DNA of 57,775 nt, from IMG/VR virus record IMGVR_UViG_3300033996_000257, positions 1 through 57,775 of that record. One strand, written 5' to 3'. The stretch's first letter is position 1; each line of letters starts with the position of its first letter. Below, in pieces: positions 27,401 to 35,408 of this stretch. Under the pieces are notes generated by a model, which saw only the letters and a list, made by a program, of their open reading frames with translations, did no database searches and was not told where the DNA came from. Origin of the DNA: a virus (Duplodnaviria; Caudoviricetes). A program made the translations under genes and the position numbers.

Positions 27401-29792
27401 GCGGTGTCTCACTGTATCTACGTTCAGTGATTGCGCCTCGGATAGTCTTGCCTGCGCGTTTCTGCGCAGGTTGCACAATTACTTCTTCGTATTTGGGTTT
27501 TTCCGTAAATTTCTGTACGGGCTTTACTTTTGAACGATCAATCCATTCACCCACCACATCATGAATGCGCGACGCAGCTTTGATTGCTTCGTCATATGTC
27601 AGTGAGGGTTTACCCGCAACACGGCGGTGGATAGCGGCTTCTTCCAACACAGCGGAAATGTATTTACCACGGGCATCTTCAGCTTGTTTGGCCAACACAT
27701 CAGGGGTAGCAGCAGCCACACCTTTGCCGGGTTCTGCCTTTTCTTTACCCAGAGCATCACCACGACGCAGACGGTCAATCTTGTCTTCAATTGCGTTCAA
27801 AGCTGTGTTCTGCTCATTGCGAACACGTAGTACTTCTTTGGCGTAGATGCTGGCTTGTGGGCTTACCTTGGCGCTGGGGAAGCGGCCTTTTGTCAGCTCT
27901 CCTGCTGGGGCTTCCGCAGCAAAAGCGTTAATTTGTTCAAGCGCTTGGTTCTCTCTTTCAAACGCAGCAGTGGCGGCATCTTGATTGTTTGAACGCTGCG
28001 CAACATCTCTATCCGTATTTGCCTGATCTATTTCATCAAGCAACTCGTTAATCTTGGTGCGCACCCGTTCAGCTTGTTTGGGCTGCATAAACGGCATCAA
28101 CTGAGGATTCACCGCTACTACTGGGGGTTTACCCTCAGCAATCTTTTCCAGCTTTGGCTGAATTATGTAATCAAAGAACGAGTCATCCCCAACGTTGTTA
28201 CGTCGGTCTTTAAGCTCGTCCATGTAGGAAGTAAACGCCTGTACATAGGGCGATTCTGTTTCTATAGGTTTGGCGGCACCGAAAGCTGCTTTGCGTGTCT
28301 CCATCTCCTGCTTAAAGCCCGGAGCAATTTGTAACTTCAGTGCATCCAACACCGCAGAGTTACGCACACCGGCAGGCAAACCGGGCAACTGCATGCGCTT
28401 ATTTACAATCTGATCCGCCAACACTGGGTTACGCATCAAGTATTTAACGTAGTCGGCCACCGCATCGTTGGGAGATTTTTCACCAGCAAGCTGTTGTTCG
28501 TTGGCCAACTGAATACTCTGCGCAGCGTGTTGCGCTACAACATCTTCTACCTTCGGTGCCGCAGGCGGCGTGGCAATCTGCTGCTCATAAAACTCAGGCT
28601 CAGCCTGCGCTTGTGGCGCGGCTTGCTCCGGCTCCATGCCCAACGCATACTCGTATGGGGTCAACTTAGCAACCCTTGCTTCTTCCGCAGCACGTTTCAG
28701 AATAGGCTTGACACGCACATACTCGTCAGCCAGCGGTTTAAGTTCTTTGTTTATGGCATCAATCTGGCGATTGACTTCCCGGTTGTTTGCGTAGTCTGTT
28801 TCTGGTGATACGCCTTTCTTTATTGGTATCAACTGCTGTTTGAGCGCAGTGCGCTGAGCTTCCAAGTCCTGCGTCTTTTGAAACACTTCTTGTGCGTACT
28901 CGGGACTGTTCAGCCGAACCTTTTCTTCTTCCTGCTGTTTCTCTGCTTCAGCGCGGGCTTGTTTTACTTCGTCAGTGATTGGTGTTGTTGGGGCACGGCG
29001 ACCAATAGCCAAGTCCAAAAGACCTTGCGCCAACGCACCGACTGCACCGCCGTAAGCGGCGGATTCTCCAACCTGCTCAATAATTTCTTGTTCAGGCTTG
29101 TATATACCTTTGCTAATAATGTTCTGTGCGGCTTGCGATGCGGCTTCTTGCGCGGCTTCCTCACCGCCTGCCATCAACGCACGTTTTACGTAAGACGTAG
29201 CGCCATCAAGTACCGGCTCTCCAAGACGTTTCAGAATACGTGTGGGGGCAAACATCTCTGTCGCACCAACAGCGGCACCCAACAAAGTGGAGGCGGTTTG
29301 TTGTCCTTCAGTTGCCCCCTCAGCGGCAGACTTCTCTACCTGTGTGCCAGCACCAGCGCCAATACCAAGGCCGTAGCCTGCAACACGCCCAGCCATACCA
29401 AACGGGCCGGTGGCAACAAACGGCAAAAAAGAACCCGTAGCTTCACCAAACTTACGCCCCACCGTGTCCTCGTACCCCGGCGCAGCAGCAAATGGAGCTT
29501 TGGCTGCGGCGGCTTTTTCTTTGATGTACTGTTGTGCGGCTTTTTCTTGCTCATTGGGCAACAGCGCGGAAATACCAATACCGGCTTGCTCAGTGAGGCC
29601 AATGGCTCCGGGCACAAGCCCTTTAAAGAACTCTTTTGTCTGCCCGCCAAACGTAGTTTCTTGTGTTTTTTGTGCAGGCTGCGTAGCTATTTGCCGTTTT
29701 ACAGCAGCAACAATATCTTGTTCAGAAGCGCCAGCAGGCCCCTCCACATCGTAGATCCGTCCGTCCGGGCCTTGTACGCTGTAAATTGGCAT
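21342..29792 (-). CDS. 2816-aa polyvalent internal virion/ejection protein (metallopeptidase-like plus LPD38-like C-terminus)
   Basis: N-terminal Gly/Ala hydrophobic helices; long coiled coil; GLYDP...LAHEVAGHFGLR...EEVLAE; NFNKRG..IPFFNA.IQG, LPVPFEIG. Confidence 0.8.
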   Translation of the reverse strand: MPIYSVQGPDGRIYDVEGPAGASEQDIVAAVKRQIATQPAQKTQETTFGGQTKEFFKGLVPGAIGLTEQAGIGISALLPNEQEKAAQQYIKEKAAAAKAPFAAAPGYEDTVGRKFGEATGSFLPFVATGPFGMAGRVAGYGLGIGAGAGTQVEKSAAEGATEGQQTASTLLGAAVGATEMFAPTRILKRLGEPVLDGATSYVKRALMAGGEEAAQEAASQAAQNIISKGIYKPEQEIIEQVGESAAYGGAVGALAQGLLDLAIGRRAPTTPITDEVKQARAEAEKQQEEEKVRLNSPEYAQEVFQKTQDLEAQRTALKQQLIPIKKGVSPETDYANNREVNRQIDAINKELKPLADEYVRVKPILKRAAEEARVAKLTPYEYALGMEPEQAAPQAQAEPEFYEQQIATPPAAPKVEDVVAQHAAQSIQLANEQQLAGEKSPNDAVADYVKYLMRNPVLADQIVNKRMQLPGLPAGVRNSAVLDALKLQIAPGFKQEMETRKAAFGAAKPIETESPYVQAFTSYMDELKDRRNNVGDDSFFDYIIQPKLEKIAEGKPPVVAVNPQLMPFMQPKQAERVRTKINELLDEIDQANTDRDVAQRSNNQDAATAAFERENQALEQINAFAAEAPAGELTKGRFPSAKVSPQASIYAKEVLRVRNEQNTALNAIEDKIDRLRRGDALGKEKAEPGKGVAAATPDVLAKQAEDARGKYISAVLEEAAIHRRVAGKPSLTYDEAIKAASRIHDVVGEWIDRSKVKPVQKFTEKPKYEEVIVQPAQKRAGKTIRGAITERRYSETPPSKVPAGAPSTGEWVKKPTKVFAALEAQIKPVTNVDSAAAALDVRTNAVIRKQIKELLDKGTLPFVWEFVDTRPMAEQIKEMPASNKEIKHFKAQIASVVDSLSQLPFTATRETPLLKQQFASTEAQKVAEARGETAKTAGGEMRRLREYVGNMIDKALTRNIPEGAVLETEDGPIRTQGIREALERVKTIIDDGKASKALLDAAQNQAERILRGEDLGTQVYARREAVPGKRVVENVPGREAETRFGERGRTYKAVGYEAALAPEGSALRELQDAIKLYERTAQEGEIAGEGAPGQGQLFPETRKDIGYIRATPANFAKSPQIKPVWEALDQARKLKAKTEANQKARSARDKQGFEQIEALKENIESVKNQMQFFLIKPGDFNIGKYSDADIAKMFASYPESGVTKEDKRLMDRYLQVSKQNIGKTKEQKEQAMSVFTEEEKTRVDKLIKDFNTNKIPEYAKNVQQALQTLALGQRLEGANNRLVELMQDNNAAVRKQADALNKVTEPLMDKLKLIKASLRTSVMLTEGQRAMIDSEVALQNQRNAYQKAMATAMGKARQRLSDTLGELLDPEIERARRSLKAAKTRLATVESQIEAAKKEMTEGTGQAPNLINNLQKVQGLVENIESAETELTELQELRFGEIENDVVVTEAMLDKDLKTEREYLEILERQLADMRKEPLTAVETGRPGELGKLKYPLSAQRIASQVKAQQAVVDEAQKRADEFQKDVKVWWPKVTAAFKKDGLSVKDLPGAVFEKGRKVAEINTPEQRRLDELRDKGMQAAKEVDEAAVRQRVKDKQLQLFDDEIFDARGEVQALIGPEDMNQLADIMADPNATNTKRAQATLKLGAMQKLASLEAQKQAFITGKPAKAPKAATVPSTTALAAAKPFRTGSGAGKAADTERLKLKAPQRRTLEQASDALRAEREEGTYGEGYEAPDLRGLFRTAKNVGNGMKAEEVTRLTNRIVQDWANVPEIQVVDNESGLPQEIQDQAKRDEKTGQIPGLYDPNTKIVYLVASNLGNGNDVAMTLAHEVAGHFGLREVLGGTYASTMNRVYEGNSAVRKQTDAKMQAEPNLDRNTAVEEVLAEMAETGATPANESALRQIYNAIKQWLANTFGIENVTDNEVKQIVANARKYVIEGTQAAEGEVDKSGILYRTKATYTNPEIAKNSDFVDKIVAKDRSWTDKLKANLTGLAFETQLVDRFAGFERLAKYMEPLKGTQMLYYLRMYDQRMNFVSQAVSNGAPAIVEKTRPDGRVERVLESKESANINNVVQILRDAQPMVGNAEAVNTMFTTYMAAIRAKNKGLSSLNFGEDVTQELLDKTMAAIEATPGLEAVFKSAKDEYNAYNRNLIDFVVSTGALSKEVGKRLLRENDYIPFYRERNGVAELLIGGESPIRIGSIAEQPYLHELVGGDRPILDFLTSSVQNTNLLMDMGMRNLATKNAVFELVDLKAAKFVKMAAGPDVVKFRDDGADRYAVIATEKVKIGNKEFDTGVPADILVKGMEGIPTQMPAMLRVMAFPAQVLRKAITLSPLYTAKQLFRDSLAAPILSGADFMPVIGALKEINSATKKTLERRGVTGGQQFVGGAEDLTKILRDVSEGKPGWMTALGKLEAMSMEADATTRRAQYNSYIQQGLSEMEATLLALESMNFNKRGASPSIHIANSMIPFFNAQIQGLNVLYKAATGKMPFNEQLRIREKMMQRGALMAVASFAYAALMQDDEAYKNANPDQKYGNWFIRVPGLDEPIKLPVPFEIGYIFKALPEALLNSMLNEHGSEEAVKAFKQILLQTVPGGSSYGIPQIMKPAIEAGLGKSFYTGRDILSAREKELLPEEQFRANTSELAKGIGKTLGISPIVFEQLVSGYTGTMGLAFMHALSVGVPTGESPEKAVKRLSEYPILGGAFQPNDAGGIINSVYERMNENIKVKQTFDKMVAEGRMSEAKALLQRRGNEFMQAEMAQSFKNDMSMLTQAERAIAASNMSPEAKREQLDKIRKIKTAVARTVREASDKTIRLSTPF

Positions 29793-29810
29793 TGCTGCAC
29801 ATCCTAATTT

Positions 29811-31346
29811 TTACGGGGCTGATGGTCGTGACCCCAAGACTTTGAACTCACCTCCAGCATTGCCAGAGGAGCCTGCCATCATTCTAACGTAGTCTTCTAC
29901 ATTTGGGTACTGTGATTGCAGATACGGCGATTTAGCCCATGATTCTCTTATTGCTGTATCGCCTCGCATACCTGTTGCAGCCGTTTGCGCGTCAATGTGT
30001 TTTTTGTACAAAACAGGGTCACGGTATATGCGCTCCAAACCAGTTGGGGCATTGGCTTGAATGATTGTGCGTTTTGTTTGTTCGCCTTGCTCATACATTG
30101 AACGCAGGTTTTGATTGAGCTGCTCAGTCCCTGTCTTGTAAATGCCCAGTGCGTTTTCTTTATTTGTTTTAAACAGACTGGCAATGCCGTCAACAAACTT
30201 GCCTTCAGCAGCAGCGTTTCTGTCTGCGGCGCGGCTTTCCAGCTCCAGCTTGGTTTTTAAGTCCCCGCGCTGGTCTGCCAGACGTGCTTGTTCAATATCA
30301 GCAAACGCCTTGTCACGTTCACGTTGCGCCTTTTTAAACTCTTTAAGCGCTGCTTGCTGATCTTCCAAGCCAACCATTGCGCCTTTACCGATGTTTTCAA
30401 AAGCATTTTGGGATGTGCCCGACATCATGGCCAAGCCCGCCTTAAAGATAGACATGCCGAGGGCCTTGTCTTTGTCGGTTGCAGATTCGGCTTCTTCTTT
30501 TTGCAAACGCGCCTCGTACTTTTTGTACGCTTCTGGCAGTCCGGCAATACCCTTTTCAAAACTACCAACAGCTTCTTCGCCTATTTTCTTTTGGCGATCC
30601 ACATAACCTTGCAGTTCTTTGCGAACTTCTTTGTCGTCACCCAACGCAGCAGCTTGTTTAGCGGCGTCTTCGGCAGACATTGGCTTTGTGTTGAGCGCGG
30701 GTAAGCCAGCAGCGGGTTTAGCCGCAGGTACTGGTGGTGGTTTTTTATCCGGAGGAGGTGGGGGTGGAGGGGGTGGAGGGGGTAAGGGAGGCGGTGCAGC
30801 ACCAGAAGCTGCTGGTGCTGGTGCTGGTGCTGGTGCTGGTTTTGTTGGCGCAACGTACTGCGGGTTAAGCACATAACTCTTGGAGGCAGGGTCAAGAACG
30901 TACTGCTGTTTGCTTGCCTTGGGCGTACCGTCAGGCGCGTACGTTGCGCCGTACATGCGATCCCACTCAGCCGCAACAGGGTCACCGGGCATACGTTGAA
31001 CTGGGCGAGGGGGGACACCACCATTAAACATGCGAGGAACTTCACCGCCACCTTCAAACGCCACAATGCCGCCCTCGGCCATGTTCTGCATGTTCGGCGC
31101 GGGAAGCTGACCAATCCCGGTATCTTCTGGCATCGGCTGAGACATCTGGGCAAGCTCTTGGTCAACCACTTTGGGCTGCTGGGGCGCTTGCATCTGTGCG
31201 CCTTGGCGAATTTGCTTGCGGCGGTTGGACTCGGACAGCGCCAGTGCCATCACATACGGGTCGTTTTTGTGCATAGCCGCATACTGCTGCAACGCTTGGT
31301 CTGGCATGCTGGCCAATCGGGAGGTGATCTGGTTGACGTTAATCAT
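29811..31346 (-). CDS. Internal virion/ejection protein
   Basis: 511 aa; MAEGGIVAF motif, poly-Pro linker, central hydrophobic helix. Confidence 0.65.
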   Translation of the reverse strand: MINVNQITSRLASMPDQALQQYAAMHKNDPYVMALALSESNRRKQIRQGAQMQAPQQPKVVDQELAQMSQPMPEDTGIGQLPAPNMQNMAEGGIVAFEGGGEVPRMFNGGVPPRPVQRMPGDPVAAEWDRMYGATYAPDGTPKASKQQYVLDPASKSYVLNPQYVAPTKPAPAPAPAPAASGAAPPPLPPPPPPPPPPPDKKPPPVPAAKPAAGLPALNTKPMSAEDAAKQAAALGDDKEVRKELQGYVDRQKKIGEEAVGSFEKGIAGLPEAYKKYEARLQKEEAESATDKDKALGMSIFKAGLAMMSGTSQNAFENIGKGAMVGLEDQQAALKEFKKAQRERDKAFADIEQARLADQRGDLKTKLELESRAADRNAAAEGKFVDGIASLFKTNKENALGIYKTGTEQLNQNLRSMYEQGEQTKRTIIQANAPTGLERIYRDPVLYKKHIDAQTAATGMRGDTAIRESWAKSPYLQSQYPNVEDYVRMMAGSSGNAGGEFKVLGSRPSAP

Positions 31347-31355
31347 GGTTTTCCC

Positions 31356-32879
31356 TTACTGCATCTTCATCAGTGCCAACTCAGCCAGTCCGGCTGGGCG
31401 CTTCTTGATGTCTTTGGCCGAGCCGCCCTTTGCTCCGGGGGAACCAAATGTTTTGTACGCGCCATACGCAGTTGTGCCTGCTCCTGCCAACTGAGACAGT
31501 GCCGACGGAGGGGCTTGGTACGTCTGTACGGTGGAGGACTGCATGGGCAAACCGCGCAACAAGTTGTTCATATTGGCCAACTGCATCATTGGGTACTGCT
31601 GGGCAGTGCCGTAGTCTTGAACTTGCTGGTTGATCTTGGCCTGTTCCAACGCTTGCTGTTGACCACCCAACTGGTTCTGCAACTGGATGTTGCCAACACG
31701 TTGACCGTAAATGTTTTGACCAATATTGCCCAACTGACCTGCGCCAGACAAAGCAGTTTGTAGCCCTTGCATACCCAAACCCGCACCGTATTGGCGTGAC
31801 TGCTCGGCAGCTTGCTGACCGGCTAAGCCGTACTGAGCCCTCAACTGCGCCGCGTTCATCCCCTGACCTGCACCATACTGGCGAGATTGTTCAGCCATTT
31901 GCTGGGCATTCATGCCCATTTGCTGGTTGGCCAACTGCGCTTGGAGGTTTTGACCGGAGCCAAGCTGTTGAATGCCGAGGTTAGCCGCAAGGTTCTGCGA
32001 GCCTACGTTGTAGCCCATACCTTGATTGGCAAGAGCTGCCTGCATCCGCTGAGCTTGGTCGGCGTTGTACTGTTGTTGGGCTTGGCCGTAGGCTGACTGA
32101 AGCCCCTGCGCTTGGATGTCGCCCTGTTGTTGTGCCAGATTACGTGCAGCTTCGGCATCCAAAATGGCTTGACGAGCGCCACCAAACGCACCAGACTTAA
32201 CCGCTTGAGCCCCGCGCTGAGTACCAGCAATATCCGCCTGACGTTGCGCTTCCCGTTGCTGGATGCCAACCACCGACTGCATGTACGGAGACATGTACTG
32301 CTCGGCGGCTTGCTGACCAAACTGCTGAGACTGCACATCCTGCGGGCCTTGCATTTGATAATTTTGCAGTGCCGGGCCTTGTACATTCGCGGCGTTGAAT
32401 TGCCCTGTTTGATAATCGCCGGGGGCTTGGAACTGATTACCAAACTGCCCTGTCTGATACTGGGTGTTCATTGCCCGGTTCATAGCATCCGTGGTGGCGG
32501 TAGCCGCTTGTCCCATTTCTGGAGACACGCCCAAATTAGCAGCGCCATAGAAAGACTGCTCTTGCATGGGGCTGAACCCAGCAAAATACGCGTTGGGGTC
32601 TTGACTGAACGGGGTGTACGGCTTGATGCCGGTAGGTGTCATCTCCCCGGTTTCTGGATCGGTGTCGTAATTAAAAAGCTGTTGCTGGGCAGCGCCAAGC
32701 ATTGTCTCTACATACGGACGTGCGTACTCGGGGATGTTTGTCTGAGTAACTTCTGATTTTGTTGGGCCACCACCGCCGCCACCGCCATAAACAATGCGGC
32801 CAGCTTCTTTGCGCGTAACGGCTTCTCCAAGAGGCTCTCCCAAAGCATACAGTTCGCGTCGTGAATATTGGGTCTTCAT
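31356..32879 (-). CDS. Gln/Gly/Ala-rich DNA ejection (pilot-like) protein
   Basis: IPEYARPY, YMSPY, GAFGG.RQ motifs. Confidence 0.7.
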   Translation of the reverse strand: MKTQYSRRELYALGEPLGEAVTRKEAGRIVYGGGGGGGPTKSEVTQTNIPEYARPYVETMLGAAQQQLFNYDTDPETGEMTPTGIKPYTPFSQDPNAYFAGFSPMQEQSFYGAANLGVSPEMGQAATATTDAMNRAMNTQYQTGQFGNQFQAPGDYQTGQFNAANVQGPALQNYQMQGPQDVQSQQFGQQAAEQYMSPYMQSVVGIQQREAQRQADIAGTQRGAQAVKSGAFGGARQAILDAEAARNLAQQQGDIQAQGLQSAYGQAQQQYNADQAQRMQAALANQGMGYNVGSQNLAANLGIQQLGSGQNLQAQLANQQMGMNAQQMAEQSRQYGAGQGMNAAQLRAQYGLAGQQAAEQSRQYGAGLGMQGLQTALSGAGQLGNIGQNIYGQRVGNIQLQNQLGGQQQALEQAKINQQVQDYGTAQQYPMMQLANMNNLLRGLPMQSSTVQTYQAPPSALSQLAGAGTTAYGAYKTFGSPGAKGGSAKDIKKRPAGLAELALMKMQ

Positions 32880-33301
32880 ATTTTTACCTCTACGATTGCA
32901 TATCGTTCTACAAAGCCAAGCTTTTCACTCAGCCGCACCATCGACGGGCGCATTGCTCCTTGAAGTTTTGTGGCCCCAAAGCCTTTAAGGACTTGCTTAA
33001 AAGCGGACAAAACTTCCTCGTTGACCATCATGTTTCCACCCATTGTTGTGACAAATGCCACCCTGTCATTGGGGTAGTTTTGAAACAGCACAGTGGCCGC
33101 ACCCTGCACTACATTTTCCTCGTTCACTGCGGCAAACAATTGCCACAAGCCCTTGGCCAAATACACTTTTATCTGGTCAGTTGTGTAGTCGTCGCCCCCA
33201 AACTTTTCTGCGGAAGCAACGTGACTCTCTACCAGCGGCCATGTTTGCGCTACGTACTCGACGGGGATGTGCTGGATACTTATGGGCATATTGGTGCTCA
33301 C
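32876..33301 (-). CDS. Putative GNAT-fold virion assembly protein, paralogue 2
   Basis: W...GAATV.F..YP..RVA.V...GG pattern. Confidence 0.55.
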   Translation of the reverse strand: MSTNMPISIQHIPVEYVAQTWPLVESHVASAEKFGGDDYTTDQIKVYLAKGLWQLFAAVNEENVVQGAATVLFQNYPNDRVAFVTTMGGNMMVNEEVLSAFKQVLKGFGATKLQGAMRPSMVRLSEKLGFVERYAIVEVKI

Positions 33302-33705
33302 AGCGCAATGCGCATGACTTGGTGGGTGTTTTCCATGCCCATCTTTTCATACATCTGTACCAACGTACCTTTGGCCCAACACTGGGCCTTTGTAGCACCT
33401 TGCAGGCGCATCCATTGTTTGGCATCGTCAAAAACATAATCCCTGACAATACCTTTACCACCCATAAGATTCACATGCGCAACTCGTTCGCGGGGGTAGT
33501 CAATAAACTCCACAGTAACCGCGCCAGTAATGCCTTCCTCTGGCTCTTCCCACACCAAAAGAAACGTTTTCCCCGTGCGCACAGAGTACTCAACTTGATC
33601 TATCGTAATCAAATCAGGGTCTAAATCAATTGCCTTCTGAAGCATTGGGGCGGCAATAGGCCACACTTGTGGCAATTCATTTGGGCGGATTTGATACAGC
33701 GGCAT
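33298..33705 (-). CDS. Putative GNAT-fold virion assembly protein, paralogue 1
   Basis: W...GAVTVEF..YP..RVA.V...GG pattern. Confidence 0.55.
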   Translation of the reverse strand: MPLYQIRPNELPQVWPIAAPMLQKAIDLDPDLITIDQVEYSVRTGKTFLLVWEEPEEGITGAVTVEFIDYPRERVAHVNLMGGKGIVRDYVFDDAKQWMRLQGATKAQCWAKGTLVQMYEKMGMENTHQVMRIAL

Positions 33706-33706
33706 G

Positions 33707-35023
33707 TTATGCGGGCATCAGTTTGGACGCGTTAATCTGCTTGCCTTGGGCTTTCTTGCCTGTGCGGGCTTGGCGCACTCTGTCCATCATCTTGTACAAC
33801 TGCTTGGCTCCGGCTTCAGACGAGCCATTACCGAGGTGGGAAACCACGTCGGCAGGAATCACAAACTCTTCGTTGGCCAAGCGGGCGGGTTGCTTATTTG
33901 CAATTGTTGCGGGGATGTTGTCAGACATGCCATCGCCCGGGCCTTTGAGCATCCGGCCACCATCAGAGTAGCCGCCCAAATCAGCAATACCGCCACCAGC
34001 AAACTGCATCTCGCCAGTCATAGGGTTAACACCAGTATCCGATGCGCCGGTCAGCACGTTGCGGGAGATAGGTTGCTGGTAGGGGGTGGCGTATGCGCCT
34101 TTGTTGATGTCGGCCATTGGGTAGCCTGTGTTGGCTCCGATAGCGTTCTGGTCTGACATCAACTCAACCACACCACCACCCGCCATGCGGTAGTCTTTGT
34201 ATACGGGTTTGTACGGGGTCGGCGGTGTAACTGTGCCGGGCACATATCGGCTGGGGTCGTACTTAAACTTGCTCAGCGGGCCGTCGTATTCTTCGTCTTC
34301 ATCTTCGCCGCCTTTGCCTTTTTTGCCCTTGCCCAGCAAATTCATGGCGTTCATGCCCATCGACAGGGACTGCATTTTGTTGTTCTTGATGTAGTCCAGT
34401 GCCGTATCTAGCATGCCGGGCTTTGCGGCGGCGGGCGGGGCTGCTGCACTTGTGTATGCAGAACTGCCGCTAGGGAAAGCGGTTGGGGGTGCTGCTGAAG
34501 CTGCGTATGCGCTACTTGTTGCTTCAGGAACAAGTTGAGGCGCTTGCGCCACCAGCTCTTGGGCTACTGGCGCGGCTTGTTTGTATGCGTTAAACGCATG
34601 TTGCATCCCTGCGTCAGTGATTGGGGGCGCTGATGCTTGAGCAACCTGTCCTAAATTCTGGGCATTGGCCACAATATCTGTAGCGGGGTTGACCATTTGG
34701 GCAATTTGAGCTTCGCTAAGCATGCCCGGCATCGCGCTGTTTAACAATGATGTACCTTGCGCAGTGGTCAAGCCTGTCAATGCAGGCGTGACGGCAGGAG
34801 CTAAAGTGCCAGCCAAACTCGCTGCTTGTGGCAAAGCTGCCAAACCGTTCATTACTGTGGGGGTAATAGCCGCGCCCAGAGTGGGCAAGCCCATCATCAT
34901 GCTAGTGCCCGCAACTTCACTCAACAACGTGGCTGTGCCGATTTCCGCTCCAACAGAAGCAAGAGCGGCAGGAGCCACAGTTTCTGCTGCTGCGGCCATG
35001 AACATTGGTTCAAATCCAGACAT
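33707..35023 (-). CDS. Internal virion protein with conserved C-terminal GPGDGMSD domain
   Basis: Ala-rich N-terminus; GPGDGMSDNIPA..ARLA..EFVIPADVVSHLGNGSS.AGA. Confidence 0.7.
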   Translation of the reverse strand: MSGFEPMFMAAAAETVAPAALASVGAEIGTATLLSEVAGTSMMMGLPTLGAAITPTVMNGLAALPQAASLAGTLAPAVTPALTGLTTAQGTSLLNSAMPGMLSEAQIAQMVNPATDIVANAQNLGQVAQASAPPITDAGMQHAFNAYKQAAPVAQELVAQAPQLVPEATSSAYAASAAPPTAFPSGSSAYTSAAAPPAAAKPGMLDTALDYIKNNKMQSLSMGMNAMNLLGKGKKGKGGEDEDEEYDGPLSKFKYDPSRYVPGTVTPPTPYKPVYKDYRMAGGGVVELMSDQNAIGANTGYPMADINKGAYATPYQQPISRNVLTGASDTGVNPMTGEMQFAGGGIADLGGYSDGGRMLKGPGDGMSDNIPATIANKQPARLANEEFVIPADVVSHLGNGSSEAGAKQLYKMMDRVRQARTGKKAQGKQINASKLMPA

Positions 35024-35050
35024 ATTTACCTCGCGAACTGGGGGTGGTTG

Positions 35051-35079
35051 ATCGTATCATGTTGCCGCCTTGTGAACAA
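35051..35079 (-). promoter_or_regulatory. Sigma70-like promoter for the ejection-protein block
   Basis: Minus strand TTGTTC-17-TACGAT with an extended -10 TG. Confidence 0.55.
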
Positions 35080-35406
35080 CTAGACTTTAATGCGCAAGGG
35101 GTAGCTTGTAGCCGTGCCGCCAGAGGTGTCGTAGTACACATCGCCGGGGCGAAGATTGGCAAAATCAGCTTGGGTTGGCAGGCTGATTTTTGTTCCGCCG
35201 GGGGTTGCGGGGTCAGGTTGCGCAAAGGTCATTGCCGTCACAACCCCTGTAGTGCCGACACCTTGAGACGCAAATATGGCTGGAGATGCGTTGTTTAACT
35301 GGGTGAAATAAAGCCGGAGGACGTTTGCAAACTGCTCCATAAACCTAGCGTCGTACTCAACAGGCGCGGCAGGTAGGCGGGGTTGCGTTGTGTTCTTTAA
35401 ACCCAT
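35080..35406 (-). CDS. Small tail-associated structural protein
   Basis: PRLP.AP.EYD...LRLYF.QL; follows the tail tube gene. Confidence 0.65.
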   Translation of the reverse strand: MGLKNTTQPRLPAAPVEYDARFMEQFANVLRLYFTQLNNASPAIFASQGVGTTGVVTAMTFAQPDPATPGGTKISLPTQADFANLRPGDVYYDTSGGTATSYPLRIKV

Positions 35407-35408
35407 GC

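Noticed and set aside
21342-29792. N4-like or crAss-like virion RNA polymerase
   Set aside because: No single-subunit RNAP motif set or DFDxD catalytic motif recognised; the C-terminus looks LPD38-like
28878-29807. 309-aa + strand ORF and other long antisense ORFs (e.g. 30996-31763, 44531-45271, 39269-39910)
   Set aside because: Shadows of well-supported minus-strand genes with no protein-like motifs
30751-30840. G-quadruplex-like G runs and (GCTGGT)n repeat
   Set aside because: Explained by poly-Pro and (PA)n codons on the coding minus strand
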